From NCBI GenBank assembly GCA_022703765.1, contig JAKJHQ010000001.1, positions 81,854-145,853 of the forward strand: a DNA stretch of 64,000 bases. Reading direction: 5' to 3'. Under the pieces are notes generated by a model. The model was not told the origin of the DNA. It did no database searches and worked only from the letters and a program-made list of their open reading frames with translations. Positions within the stretch are counted from its first letter, which is position 1; each line of letters starts with the position of its first letter. Position numbers and translations under genes: made by a program. Of this stretch, positions 17,429 to 27,166 are shown piece after piece. The DNA is from Candidatus Wallbacteria bacterium (lineage in GTDB: Bacteria; Muiribacteriota; UBA9980).

Positions 17429-18523
17429 TCATGGCCGGTACCTCGATAAAGCTTCTTTAATTTCATACGCGAAGGCTTCGCACTCTTCAAGCTTTATACA
17501 CTCCGGATAGTTTAACCCGAAAATTTTTTTCATTTTATCTATTATATCGCCGCAAAAATAAATCCGGCCTTCCCTGATGTCTTTGATGCCGTCAAAAGAA
17601 AGGCTGGCGCGGTTTATCTCCTCGGCGCGGGACCGGGAAATATCAGCGGGGAGCTCGAGCGCCGCTCCTGCGGCCGAAACTCTAGCCGGATAAGCGCCCG
17701 CCAGCCCTTCCGGGCCGGGTATATGCATAAAATAATTCTGGTCAAAAACGACGGCCTGTATAATTTTAACCATATCGGAAGCGATCATCATGTTTCGCGG
17801 CGGGCCCGACGCCGTGGGTATTTTAGAAAGCTTAAAAATTTCTTCGTCGCTTATTTCATTAAACGGCTCGCCGTCCACAGTGCAGCGCATATAATAAGGC
17901 GAACCCTTGGCAGAAGCTTCGCGCGAAACGTAGGTATTTAAGAAGTGGCTTCCTATCATGACTACTTTTACGCGGCCTGCCGGAATTTTTTTATAGCCCG
18001 CCACCGCGGCCTGAATGCGCGGGACCAGATGGTTCAGGTTGCCGGCGCCGCAAAAAGGCTCAAGGCCTGCACTTTTCAACGCCGGACATACTCCGTCGGG
18101 AAAGCTCGAATTAATTACTTTTGTTTCGACGCCTGATTTTTTTACGGCAAGCATGAGCTTATATATAAGCGGAAGCGAAAGGGCGATCCATGCGCCGTAT
18201 CCTATCTGGTTGGGATATGAATACTGGCCGTATTTAACGCCTTTAATAAACCGCGCCGTATAAGCTATTATATCCGGCTTCATTTCCGCAAGCGTTTCAG
18301 CCGTGCGGTCCACATCGCCCAGGTCCATTTTAACCAGGCTTATATCCGGATAAAACCCCATAATCGCCGCTGAAACTTTAATAGTGTTGATCAGCGCGAG
18401 CGCCTCGTCGGTCGAACGGGTGCCTACTATTATTTTATGGCCTTCTATGCCGGGCGTCCGGGCAAGATATTCCAGCGCGAAACTTCCGGCGCTGCCGAAA
18501 CCGGCTATAAGTATTTTTTTATC
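17429..18523 (-). CDS. Saccharopine-dehydrogenase-like NAD(P)-binding oxidoreductase
   Basis: Rossmann N-terminus MDKKILIAGFGSAGSFALEYL. The ORF extends to 18577, but the start is probably the Met at 18523. Fold-level assignment only. Confidence 0.4.
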   Translation of the reverse strand, partial: DKKILIAGFGSAGSFALEYLARTPGIEGHKIIVGTRSTDEALALINTIKVSAAIMGFYPDISLVKMDLGDVDRTAETLAEMKPDIIAYTARFIKGVKYGQYSYPNQIGYGAWIALSLPLIYKLMLAVKKSGVETKVINSSFPDGVCPALKSAGLEPFCGAGNLNHLVPRIQAAVAGYKKIPAGRVKVVMIGSHFLNTYVSREASAKGSPYYMRCTVDGEPFNEISDEEIFKLSKIPTASGPPRNMMIASDMVKIIQAVVFDQNYFMHIPGPEGLAGAYPARVSAAGAALELPADISRSRAEEINRASLSFDGIKDIREGRIYFCGDIIDKMKKIFGLNYPECIKLEECEAFAYEIKEALSRYRP

Positions 18524-19284
18524 CATGAGGCGTTTCTTCCTTTCGCCACGTCTTCGAGCGTGTTCAAATTTATCCATTCGGCGCTTTCTATTATCACCGG
18601 CGAGAGCGGAAATTTCGCCGCGGCGCGGTTTATAGAAAACAGGCCGTTGCGGGTATCGGGCTTTTCGCCGATTATATTATATAAATAATCTTCGAACATT
18701 TCAATTAAATGTTTAAGGGCGGCGCCTCCGAATTTCCACATCTGCATGCTTTCTCCAATAACATCTTCTCCGGGTTCGATATATTTGAAAACATCGATAT
18801 GGTTTTCGTCGTAGGCGAAATGGCGAACGCTTCCGCCGCGGCCGCAAGCGGCGACGCTCCTGGCCGGATTCAACTCGCAGTTTCTTAAAAGCACGCAGTT
18901 TTCATGCGGCGAACCGATTACGCGCGCGAAATACTGAGCGGGCATCAGAAGGTCCGCTTCCACGATTACCGCGGAATCGGCGTTTTTAAGGTGAGGCGCC
19001 GACAGCGCCATGGAATATTCGCAGCCGTGATAGTTGTAAAAATCGTTTTCCACGAGCTTTACGGCCGTTTTATAATTGCGGGTTCGGATAAACGACCTTA
19101 TTTTTTCGCGAAGATGGCCTACTATTATTAAAGTTTCGTCTATTTCACATTCCTGAAGGCATTTTAATATATAATCGAGCGAATTGGTGCCGCCCAGATC
19201 TATAAGGCATTTCGGCGTATCAACGGTCAGATCTCCCATGCGGCTTCCCACGCCGGCGGCAAGTATGACTGCTTTTTTGATCAT
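18505..19284 (-). CDS. Sugar-phosphate nucleotidyltransferase (NTP_transferase fold; LicC/cytidylyltransferase-like)
   Basis: MIKKAVILAAGVGSRMGDLTVDTPKCL is the classic G-x-G-x-R nucleotidyltransferase N-terminus. The ATG at 19284 overlaps the upstream stop as ATGA. The ORF-track N-terminal extension is spurious. Confidence 0.6.
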   Translation of the reverse strand: MIKKAVILAAGVGSRMGDLTVDTPKCLIDLGGTNSLDYILKCLQECEIDETLIIVGHLREKIRSFIRTRNYKTAVKLVENDFYNYHGCEYSMALSAPHLKNADSAVIVEADLLMPAQYFARVIGSPHENCVLLRNCELNPARSVAACGRGGSVRHFAYDENHIDVFKYIEPGEDVIGESMQMWKFGGAALKHLIEMFEDYLYNIIGEKPDTRNGLFSINRAAAKFPLSPVIIESAEWINLNTLEDVAKGRNASWIKKYL

Positions 19285-20528
19285 TCGTACCACCCGGCCT
19301 CCGGAATTATCGAAGCGAAACGGCCGCCGCGAGCCGTAAACGAGGCATTCGAAGATATTATATCGCGAGCGTATCCCGTTGCAAAAATTACGACCGCGTT
19401 TATATCGTTTCTTAAACCCAGCTCGGAAGGGGGCTTGATAGGAATATCGGTTCCCGGGATAAATTTGCCCTGATATAGCGGGTTTACGTCGATTACAAAA
19501 TTTATATCCGATGACGTCATGGCGCATATATTGATGAGCGAAACGCCGCGCTGGCCTGCGCCCCAGGCGCAAAAATTCGCGCCGCGGCTTCGGGCGGCGC
19601 TTAAAAATTGCCTGAATCCGTCGCAATATGATTTAACTTTAGCCGAAAACGACTTTAAACTTGAAATATCCGTCAATTTATCATCTTCATAAAACGAAGG
19701 CGATATTTTATAAGAAGGATAGAGGCCGCGATTTTTTTCAAATCCGGCATAAATCAAAATAGAGCCGCCTTCCAGCCCGTTGGTGACTGCGTCTATTACG
19801 AACAGGCCGTATTTTTTAAGAAGCTTCGAAAGCGTATCGAAAGAAAAGTAAGAAATGTGTTCATGAAAGAAAGCGTAAAACTGGTTTTGCGATATTATAT
19901 CGGCCGCGTAAGGCACTTCTATCGCGAGCACTCCTTTCTTTTCATCGAGCGCCGAGCATATCGGCTCCATAACGGCGTCGAAATCATTGAGATGCTCCAT
20001 GACATGCCTTATTATTATAACGCCGGCGCCGGCGCAAGTAAATTCTTCGGGCAGCCGGGCGATAGAGCCGCGGCCAAAATAATCGTTGATAATAATAGCC
20101 CCGACGCCGGACGCGCGGTCGGAAGTCAGTTTTGACGAAGGCTCAAATCCGGCCGCCATGGCGCCGCCGCGCGCGAATTCGTTTAGCAGAAAACCGTCGC
20201 CCGAGCCTATTTCAATTACCGTGCGCGGCGAAAACTTAGAAAAAATATCGCCGCAGAGCCAGCGGGCGTAATTTTTAAAGCTTTCCGAATGCGCCGGCGT
20301 ATATGTATAATCTTTATAAATGTCCGAAGATACTATATCGACGAGCTGAATAAGGCCGCATTCTTCGCAGCGGTATGCGTTAAGGGCGAAAAGCCCCGCA
20401 CGGCCTAGGGAAGGTCCCATGGAAGGATTGCCCGCGAGCGCGACTTCGGGCAGGCTTAAAAACATCTCCAGGCGGGCGCTTCCGCACAGCCTGCATTTTT
20501 GGTTTTTGGTGAAATAAATATCACTCAT
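19281..20528 (-). CDS. Class I SAM-dependent methyltransferase with an N-terminal Zn-ribbon (sugar C-methyltransferase family)
   Basis: Zn-ribbon CRLCGS...CEECG, SAM motif I (VIEIGSGDGFLL), and the ~415-aa length typical of TylC3/NovU-type C-methyltransferases. Confidence 0.5.
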   Translation of the reverse strand: MSDIYFTKNQKCRLCGSARLEMFLSLPEVALAGNPSMGPSLGRAGLFALNAYRCEECGLIQLVDIVSSDIYKDYTYTPAHSESFKNYARWLCGDIFSKFSPRTVIEIGSGDGFLLNEFARGGAMAAGFEPSSKLTSDRASGVGAIIINDYFGRGSIARLPEEFTCAGAGVIIIRHVMEHLNDFDAVMEPICSALDEKKGVLAIEVPYAADIISQNQFYAFFHEHISYFSFDTLSKLLKKYGLFVIDAVTNGLEGGSILIYAGFEKNRGLYPSYKISPSFYEDDKLTDISSLKSFSAKVKSYCDGFRQFLSAARSRGANFCAWGAGQRGVSLINICAMTSSDINFVIDVNPLYQGKFIPGTDIPIKPPSELGLRNDINAVVIFATGYARDIISSNASFTARGGRFASIIPEAGWYE

Positions 20529-21462
20529 AGCTTTTCAATATAGCCTCATAAGTTTTTTCCATGCCTTCTTTCAACTTAACCGCCGGGTTGAACCCCAGGT
20601 TTTTTCGCGCTTTCGAAATATCCAGCAGGCGGCGTTCAGGGTCTCCGGCCCGTTCAAGGCTGTATTCAACTTCCACTTCGGCCGAGCATATTTCAAAAGC
20701 GGCCGCCACGAGCCCGGCTATGCTTAACTCCTCGTCCGAACCTATATTGTACGATTCGCCGCTGCCGCCGTTTTTCGCAGCCAGAAAAGCCGCGTTAGCG
20801 GCGTCAGACGCATATAAAAAAGAGCGGCGAACCGAGGAGGCGTTTTTATTGACCCTTATTTTTTTGCCTTCGTGGATGTTTTTAAGAAGATACGGTATGA
20901 CGTGATTTTCTTCGATATCCCGCGGGCCGTAAATATTGGCGTATCTTAAATGGCAAATTCCGAAACGGTCTTTATAGCAGTTGCCGAGGTGCTCGGCAAG
21001 CATTTTGCCCAGAGCGTAAGACCAGCGGGGCGTGTTTTCTACGGCGTCGAATAAAGAAGGGGTAAGCTCGTCGGTGGGAATTTTCTGCGCATGGCCGTAT
21101 ATTTCGGAACTCGAAGCGTTGACGAATTTTTTGACGTTATGGGCCGCGGCCCAATCGAGCATAATTTTAGTGCCGAAGCAGTTATTGTTGAACGTGTCGA
21201 GCGCGCCTTCATAAAAAAATTTAGTGGCCACCACGGCGGCCATATGAAAAACGCAATCGAAATCAGCCAGCGGCATGGACGCTATATCGAGCACGTCGCC
21301 TTTAATGAATTTGAAGCCGGGCGAATTTATCACTTCCGAAAGGTTCTTTATATCGCCCCTGAAAAAATTGTCTATCGCCGTAACTTCAAAACCGGCTTCG
21401 ACGCACATTTCCGCCAGGTATGATCCCACCAGGCCGGCTGCGCCGGTAATTAAAACTTTAAT
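20521..21462 (-). CDS. NAD-dependent epimerase/dehydratase (SDR, UDP-sugar 4-epimerase/dehydratase family)
   Basis: The Rossmann motif KVLITGAAGLVGSYL is encoded upstream of the GTG used in the ORF track at 21429. There is an in-frame TGA at 21466-21468, so the only way to include the G-x-x-G-x-x-G loop is an ATT start at 21462. Catalytic YxxxK region (YALGKMLAE). Confidence 0.6.
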   Translation of the reverse strand: MKVLITGAAGLVGSYLAEMCVEAGFEVTAIDNFFRGDIKNLSEVINSPGFKFIKGDVLDIASMPLADFDCVFHMAAVVATKFFYEGALDTFNNNCFGTKIMLDWAAAHNVKKFVNASSSEIYGHAQKIPTDELTPSLFDAVENTPRWSYALGKMLAEHLGNCYKDRFGICHLRYANIYGPRDIEENHVIPYLLKNIHEGKKIRVNKNASSVRRSFLYASDAANAAFLAAKNGGSGESYNIGSDEELSIAGLVAAAFEICSAEVEVEYSLERAGDPERRLLDISKARKNLGFNPAVKLKEGMEKTYEAILKSYE

Positions 21463-21485
21463 AACTCATCGCCCCTTTCAGGCAC

Positions 21486-22331
21486 TTATTTTTTTGCCCC
21501 CGCGCGAGCGAACCGCCTTATATATTCGCGAAAAGTCCCGCATTTATAGGCTAGAGTATAAAAAGAGCGCATGGGCCAACCCGATTTTATCTTAAATTTA
21601 CTGCTGTTAAAATTAAACCAGGCGTTACGCCTTGCATTGTTATAAAAGATCTTCCATAAATCCGTAAAATTGGAAAATTTCGGCATATAAGCAGCGCATT
21701 GGGGCGCGATAACCGCGCTTTGCGGATAACGCCTGAGCAGTTCCGGCAGCAGGTTGAAATCGATGGGGTTCACGATGAAATCGTAGCCGCTTTGAATTTC
21801 GAGGTAGGTTTTAAATCTCATGGCTACCGCCATTACGTTGGCCTGCAGAAATATTTCGTATTTGTCGCCCGAAAACCCCGTAATGGTATTGCACATGGAA
21901 ATGCCGTATTTTTTTTCGCCGTAGGAAAGATTCATCTGATAAAACGATAAATTTTCCTGAGCAAGCACCGTGGAAGGTATTGAAAAAAGTATCCCCGGGT
22001 CTTTTTTCAAAGGCTCGACGATCCTTTCTATAAAATCGGAAGAGTAAAGTTCGCTGTCTTCGTTTATGAAAATTATATACTCCGGCCCGAATACGGGTAT
22101 TGTACCGCATTCCACGGGACTCGCCGCGCCTGATACGTTTTCTGATTTGCCGCCGCAGTCTTTATAATAGATAGATAATTGCTTCGCGCGCGGATAATCG
22201 TCGATATGCCTGTACGACGAAACATGCAGCGTGTAATCGGAACACTGCGACTGTCTGTCGAACGAATTCAATAATTTTTTAGACACTTCGAGCGATCTGG
22301 TGCATACGACGCAAAGTATTTTATCGTTCAT
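21486..22331 (-). CDS. Putative glycosyltransferase (GT-A-like), hypothetical
   Basis: Weak resemblance only: an N-terminal ILCVVCTRS (like the xVIIPTxN strand) and an acidic FINEDSE (DxD-like). Confidence 0.25.
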   Translation of the reverse strand: MNDKILCVVCTRSLEVSKKLLNSFDRQSQCSDYTLHVSSYRHIDDYPRAKQLSIYYKDCGGKSENVSGAASPVECGTIPVFGPEYIIFINEDSELYSSDFIERIVEPLKKDPGILFSIPSTVLAQENLSFYQMNLSYGEKKYGISMCNTITGFSGDKYEIFLQANVMAVAMRFKTYLEIQSGYDFIVNPIDFNLLPELLRRYPQSAVIAPQCAAYMPKFSNFTDLWKIFYNNARRNAWFNFNSSKFKIKSGWPMRSFYTLAYKCGTFREYIRRFARAGAKK

Positions 22332-22342
22332 CGAGGCAACGC

Positions 22343-23434
22343 CTACATTCCTTTAATGTCTTTGATAATGTTTTCTATAGTTTCGATCGGCGCGGTAAAA
22401 TCGTTAGGCATAAAAATAACGCTTTCTGAAGCTTTTATCGAATTTTTATAATCGGTTTCAGCCAGATCGTAATTTTTCTTGTAGTAGTGCGCCATAGGCA
22501 GCAGAACGGGCATTTTGCGCTGGGCCGGCAGCGGGTGCCTGGCTATTATTTTAGATATTTTATTATAGGCCTCGCGGCTTTCCACAAGCGCGGGCAGATA
22601 ATTAAAAGTGGTGAGCGAATAGTTGTTCTGATCGACGAATTTTATTTCGTTATGCCTCACGCTAATATCGCGCCTGTAATGCTTGGCCAGCATATATTTA
22701 TATTCGATAAGCGCGTCTATATGTTTTAAATGCTCGTTTATCAATCTGGCTTTTTCGTTAGACATGGTAAAATCGGGGACCGGAATTTTCAATTCGCCCG
22801 CTTCGTCGTAGCCGTTATTGAAAATAAGCTTGAGCCTGGCGTTTATCTTATCGTTAGAAGTGGCTATGATGGCCCCGCTGCCGCAGTTTATTATGGACGA
22901 CGAATCGAAGTTGAATATGGAAATATGACCGCGGCTCCCGCATTTTGCGCCTTTATAAACCGCGCCGAGCGACGTGGAAGCGTCTTCGATCACGAAAAAC
23001 TTATATATGGCGGCCGCTTCCATAATGGAATCTATCGCGCATGGCGCGCCGAACATATGCGAGGCGATGACGGCCTTCAGCTTATTGGTGCTCATAAGCT
23101 CCAGATGCGACATATTGGCGTTATAATTGGCAAGGTCGATATCTATGAACACGGGTTTACATCCGAAAAATTCGATCGCGCCGGGAATCTGCGGAAAATT
23201 AAAAGCCGACAGCGCTACCTGCGAATCGAAATCGAGGTTGAGCGTATAAAAAGAAATCAGAAGCGCCGCTGAAAACGACGATACGGGATAAGAATATTTA
23301 GCCCCGGTATAAGCGGAAAAATTAGCGGAAAGCTTTTCCAGCTCTTGCCTGGAGGCGGGCGCGTCAAAAACTGTCCTGATTTTATTTATGGGGTTATCAT
23401 ATATATTGGAACTGTAAATCGATTTTTCGCGCAT
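22343..23434 (-). CDS. DegT/DnrJ/EryC1/StrS-family PLP-dependent sugar aminotransferase/dehydratase
   Basis: Family-typical layout (FIDIDLANYN...ASHMFGAPC...VIEDASTSLGAVYKGAKCGSRG). The start is probably MREKSIY at 23434, because the longer ORF overlaps the upstream gene. Confidence 0.6.
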   Translation of the reverse strand: MREKSIYSSNIYDNPINKIRTVFDAPASRQELEKLSANFSAYTGAKYSYPVSSFSAALLISFYTLNLDFDSQVALSAFNFPQIPGAIEFFGCKPVFIDIDLANYNANMSHLELMSTNKLKAVIASHMFGAPCAIDSIMEAAAIYKFFVIEDASTSLGAVYKGAKCGSRGHISIFNFDSSSIINCGSGAIIATSNDKINARLKLIFNNGYDEAGELKIPVPDFTMSNEKARLINEHLKHIDALIEYKYMLAKHYRRDISVRHNEIKFVDQNNYSLTTFNYLPALVESREAYNKISKIIARHPLPAQRKMPVLLPMAHYYKKNYDLAETDYKNSIKASESVIFMPNDFTAPIETIENIIKDIKGM

Positions 23435-23453
23435 TTTTTCACTTTCCCGTAAT

Positions 23454-24890
23454 TTATTTGGACGAAGCGGCGGTAATATTTTTAAGTATTTTGGGGCAAA
23501 TGGTGTTGATGTCTCTTGCGCCCATAACAAGCACTATATAAGGCTCTTTACTGTTATCCCTGATGGCGTTGGTCACCGAAACGGCCGTGTCGTCGAGTGT
23601 GGCGCAGTAGCTTACGATGTCGCCCGAAAGCTTCGGCCTGATTTCTTCCACCAGTTCGCGCGAAGTGACGCTTTTATTGACCGTGCCGCCGCCGTAATAT
23701 ATTTCGTTGATAAAAAGCCTGTCGCGGGTTTTAAGGTCGGAAAAAGCTTCGCAGAGTTCGCTGCGCGTGAGAGCGGTAGGCCCGAAGCCGTGAGGCTGAT
23801 AAACCGCGATCACCGGCTTATTAAAAATTTTTACCGCGTCTATGGCTGTTTTGATTTCATGCGGGTTATGCGCGTAATCGTCGATCAGCACGACTCCTTC
23901 GTGGCGGCCCACTACTTCCAGGCGGCGGGCGACGCCGCCGTAGTTTTTGAGCCCGCGGGCGATATCGCCGAGAGCGGCTCCTGCCGTGTGGGAAGCTATT
24001 ATGGCTGCGGCGAAATTTTCAACGTTATGGCGGCCGATCAGGCCCGTTTCAAAAAAATGGCCGTTGATTTTAAAGCTGGAGCCTTCGGGTTTGAGGCTTA
24101 CTTCGCTTATAAGGTAATCGTTGTCGTAAGAATTTACATTTTTCGAATATTCAAAATTTATAATTTTATATTTTATGCGGTCCTTCGACGTGTCGCGCGC
24201 GTCGAAAAGTTTTGACACTTCGGGGCATGAAACGTTAATAAGGGCGTATCCGCCTTCGGTTATATTGGAAATGAAGGCGTTGAACAGAGCGTGCAGCTCG
24301 CCCAGCTCTTTGTGCTCTTTGGAAATGTTTGTGAGAAGCCCTATAAAAGGCTTATATTTAATAATCGTTCCGTCGGACTCGTCGGACTCTATCACGAAAT
24401 AATCCGATTTAGCGTAGCGCGAAGATACGTTGAAATTGCGCGAAACGCCGCCGATCACGAACGAAGGCGAAAGGCCGCACGAATCGAGTATAAAAGAAAC
24501 CATCGTGGACACGGATGTTTTGCCGGCGGTGCCCGCTACCGCTATGGAGCGGCTCGAGCGGTTGAAAAATTCGGCTAGAAGATCGGAGCGGTGCATTTCG
24601 GAAAGCCCCAGTTCACGGGCCTTTACGATATCGGCCACATTGTCCTCGATAGCGGTGGATTTTACGATGATGATTTCTTTGGCGCCGATTCCCGCGGCCG
24701 CGGCGAATTTTTCTATTCCGGAACCGTCCTGCGGATAAAGGCCTATCGATTTTGATTTGAATTCTTCGCATATCGCGCCCGAAAGGTTGCGGTCGGACCC
24801 CGCCACGCGGTGGCCCATTTCATGCGCTACGCGCGCTAAAGCCGACATGCCCGAACCGAGTATGCCGATAAAATAATAGCTTTTCATCAC
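23454..24890 (-). CDS. MurC/Mpl-type Mur ligase (UDP-N-acetylmuramate-amino acid/peptide ligase family)
   Basis: MurC-type N-terminal Rossmann (FIGILGSGMSALA...GSD), the Mur ligase P-loop (AVAGTAGKTSVSTMV), and the C-terminal domain (VARRLEVVGRHEGVVLIDDYAHNPHEI). 478 aa. Confidence 0.65.
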   Translation of the reverse strand: MMKSYYFIGILGSGMSALARVAHEMGHRVAGSDRNLSGAICEEFKSKSIGLYPQDGSGIEKFAAAAGIGAKEIIIVKSTAIEDNVADIVKARELGLSEMHRSDLLAEFFNRSSRSIAVAGTAGKTSVSTMVSFILDSCGLSPSFVIGGVSRNFNVSSRYAKSDYFVIESDESDGTIIKYKPFIGLLTNISKEHKELGELHALFNAFISNITEGGYALINVSCPEVSKLFDARDTSKDRIKYKIINFEYSKNVNSYDNDYLISEVSLKPEGSSFKINGHFFETGLIGRHNVENFAAAIIASHTAGAALGDIARGLKNYGGVARRLEVVGRHEGVVLIDDYAHNPHEIKTAIDAVKIFNKPVIAVYQPHGFGPTALTRSELCEAFSDLKTRDRLFINEIYYGGGTVNKSVTSRELVEEIRPKLSGDIVSYCATLDDTAVSVTNAIRDNSKEPYIVLVMGARDINTICPKILKNITAASSK

Positions 24891-24970
24891 AAACGTTCAC
24901 TCCATTAATTAATTTTGTATTATGCTATTTTTGTATAATATAATATAGTATATTTTATCGGAATTTATTG

Positions 24971-25675
24971 CTATTGCTTTATAATAGACTTGAAAATAAA
25001 AAGAAAAATTTCGGAATCGAGGTCTTCTTCTTTCTTTTTACTTATTTGAATTTTTCCATTGGAAGAAATTTTCATGGTGCGAATGCCGAAAGGAGTATTT
25101 AAAACTCCTTTGACGCTTTTTACGTTGGAAGTGTAATTATGGAAAGGCGAAATATCGGCCAGAGTTTCCATTTTACCGTCGAAACGGAGTTTTTTGATGG
25201 TCGGATGCTCCATTTTATCGAAATCCATGGTCTTTATGAAAGCCATCTGGTCGGAAATTTTTAATATTTTTTCGGGGGTTATGAAAACGGGGCGCGGTTC
25301 GATCTTGCTGAATTTGAAGATAAGCGCAAGGCCGGATTTTACGCCGGAATTTTTTCCGAAAGTGATAAGAAGGTCTTTAAATATGACGAAATGCCCTTCT
25401 TCCACTACGTAAAGCTTTTGCGTTTGCACGCGGCCTTCTTCGAGGGCGTCTATTTCGTGGGCTACTATTTCTTTAAAACTTACCGCCATGGCGTTATCGG
25501 CGATAATTTCATTGTAAAAGCCCGGCTGGTTTTCATCGAGAGCGCACTGATTTTCTTTCAGGCTGACGAATTTAAAAAGGTTTTTAACGTCCTGGCAGGG
25601 GAATTCGTAAAACTGAAAAGAGTTGCTTTTAGAAGATATTACAAGACCGCCCTGATTCTGGTTTTGATTCGCCAT
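24971..25675 (-). CDS. Hypothetical protein
   Basis: ORF with no recognisable motifs. The start was moved to the internal Met to avoid overlap with tRNA-Lys. Confidence 0.3.
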   Translation of the reverse strand: MANQNQNQGGLVISSKSNSFQFYEFPCQDVKNLFKFVSLKENQCALDENQPGFYNEIIADNAMAVSFKEIVAHEIDALEEGRVQTQKLYVVEEGHFVIFKDLLITFGKNSGVKSGLALIFKFSKIEPRPVFITPEKILKISDQMAFIKTMDFDKMEHPTIKKLRFDGKMETLADISPFHNYTSNVKSVKGVLNTPFGIRTMKISSNGKIQISKKKEEDLDSEIFLFIFKSIIKQ

Positions 25676-25688
25676 AAGTTTCCCCCGC

Positions 25689-25761
25689 AAATAAAAAATG
25701 AGCCGTAAAGGACTCGAACCTTTAACCTAGTGATTAAGAGTCACTTGCTCTGCCAATTGAG
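25689..25761 (-). tRNA. tRNA-Lys (anticodon CTT)
   Basis: The reverse complement folds as a cloverleaf: acceptor GGGCCGT/ACGGCTC (with one G·U), D-stem GCTC/GAGC, anticodon stem AGTGA/TCACT with loop CTCTTAA, and T-arm AAAGG-TTCGAGT-CCTTT. Confidence 0.85.
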
Positions 25762-25870
25762 CTAACGGCCCACTTAATTTTTAATTTTCAGCTGATTATA
25801 CATCAAAAATCTTTAAAAAGCAAGATTTTTTTAAAAATATTCCAAAATTCATTGAGTTGCGTATGGCTTT

Positions 25871-27085
25871 GTGATAGAATCGATTCGTAAAACCTCAAAT
25901 AGAAAGGCGATTGAATTGAAAAAAGATAAAAACATCATATTTTACCCAAGCGGACATGGTTTCGGCCACGCCGTCAGGCAGATCGAAATCATAAAGGAAA
26001 TTTTCAAATACAACATCGAAAATAAGCGCGAACACAAGGTCATCGTTAGGACAACCGCCCCCGAATGGGTTTTCACTAATTCGCTCGGCTTGTTTTTTAA
26101 AAAGTTATATCCTTCGCGCGCGGCTGAAATACCTCTCTGGTTCAGCTACAGCCGCTCGCTCAACGACGTGGGAACGGTCCAGTCGGACAGCCTGAACATG
26201 GATATAGGCGCCACTTACGAGGCCGCACGAAACTTTTATTCTAACTTTAAAGAAAGAGCTGCCATGGAGGCCGAATTCATTAAATCGAGCCGCGCGGACT
26301 TCGTGGTAGGCGATATCCCGCCCCTGGCATTCGCGGCCGCAAAACTCGCGGGCGTCAGGTCGGCCGGCGTCACCAATTTTTCCTGGGACTTCATTTACGA
26401 AGAATTCGCCGCTGAAAATAAAGGATTCAACGAAATAATAGATACCGTCAGAAGCGGATACGAAAAATGCGGCATGCTGCTTAAATTGCCTTTCGCATGC
26501 CCGCTTCCGGCTTTTAAAAACATTTCGCCGGTTTCCATGATAGCCAGAAAGCCTTATATTTCAAAAGAAGAGGCCCTTAAAATATTAAATATGGCCCCTG
26601 CGGAATTCGAAGGCGTAACAACGGTTATGATAAGTTTCGGCGGATTCGACACCGGCGGCATAAGGCATGAAAATCTATCCGGATACGCCGGTAAATTAAT
26701 GTTTTTAACCACCATAGCGCCCGCGGCCGGCGAAAAATATCCGTCTAACGTTAAATTCATAGACACCAGCTCCGGGGCGATTTCGTTTGAAAATTTATTC
26801 ACGGTATTCGATATAATAGCCACCAAACCGGGATACGGCGTGGTGGGCGACATAATAGGCGCGGATTCGACATGCCTTTTTACCGACCGCGGCCGCTTCC
26901 GCGAATACGAGTACCTGGTGGATTTTCTCAAAAAGCACACGCGGTCTTCGGTTTATATATCAAGAAACGAATTATTGAACTGCGATTTCGAGCCGCGCAT
27001 AAAAGAGCTGCAATCGCAAATTAAAAAGCCCGAACCTATCGATACGCGCGGCGCCTATGAATGCGCCATGGCTATTATCGAATAA
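25871..27085 (+). CDS. GT-B fold glycosyltransferase-like protein (MurG/UDP-glycosyltransferase-like), tentative
   Basis: N-terminal IIFYPSGHGFGHAVRQ (a Gly-rich loop of the G-x-G-x-G-H type). The C-terminal TKPGYGVVGDIIGADSTCLF resembles the GT-B donor-binding region. Confidence 0.35.
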   Translation: MIESIRKTSNRKAIELKKDKNIIFYPSGHGFGHAVRQIEIIKEIFKYNIENKREHKVIVRTTAPEWVFTNSLGLFFKKLYPSRAAEIPLWFSYSRSLNDVGTVQSDSLNMDIGATYEAARNFYSNFKERAAMEAEFIKSSRADFVVGDIPPLAFAAAKLAGVRSAGVTNFSWDFIYEEFAAENKGFNEIIDTVRSGYEKCGMLLKLPFACPLPAFKNISPVSMIARKPYISKEEALKILNMAPAEFEGVTTVMISFGGFDTGGIRHENLSGYAGKLMFLTTIAPAAGEKYPSNVKFIDTSSGAISFENLFTVFDIIATKPGYGVVGDIIGADSTCLFTDRGRFREYEYLVDFLKKHTRSSVYISRNELLNCDFEPRIKELQSQIKKPEPIDTRGAYECAMAIIE

Positions 27086-27112
27086 AAACGGGCCCTGATT
27101 TTATATCCGCGG

Positions 27113-27151
27113 AGCGCCTTCCCGGTAACTATATCGGGAAGGCGCTTTTAT
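27113..27151. terminator. Bidirectional terminator hairpin between convergent genes
   Basis: AGCGCCTTCCCG-gtaactatat-CGGGAAGGCGCT (12-bp stem) followed by TTTTAT and preceded by A/T-rich sequence. Confidence 0.6.
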
Positions 27152-27166
27152 AAAAAAGAAACTGTA

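Noticed and set aside
18505-19626. Long N-terminal extensions in ORF-track entries 18505-19626, 22343-23530, 38572-39234, 39649-40230 and 40064-43036
   Set aside because: The extensions overlap upstream genes and are Arg-rich junk. Conserved N-terminal motifs and RBSs begin at internal Mets, so the starts were trimmed.
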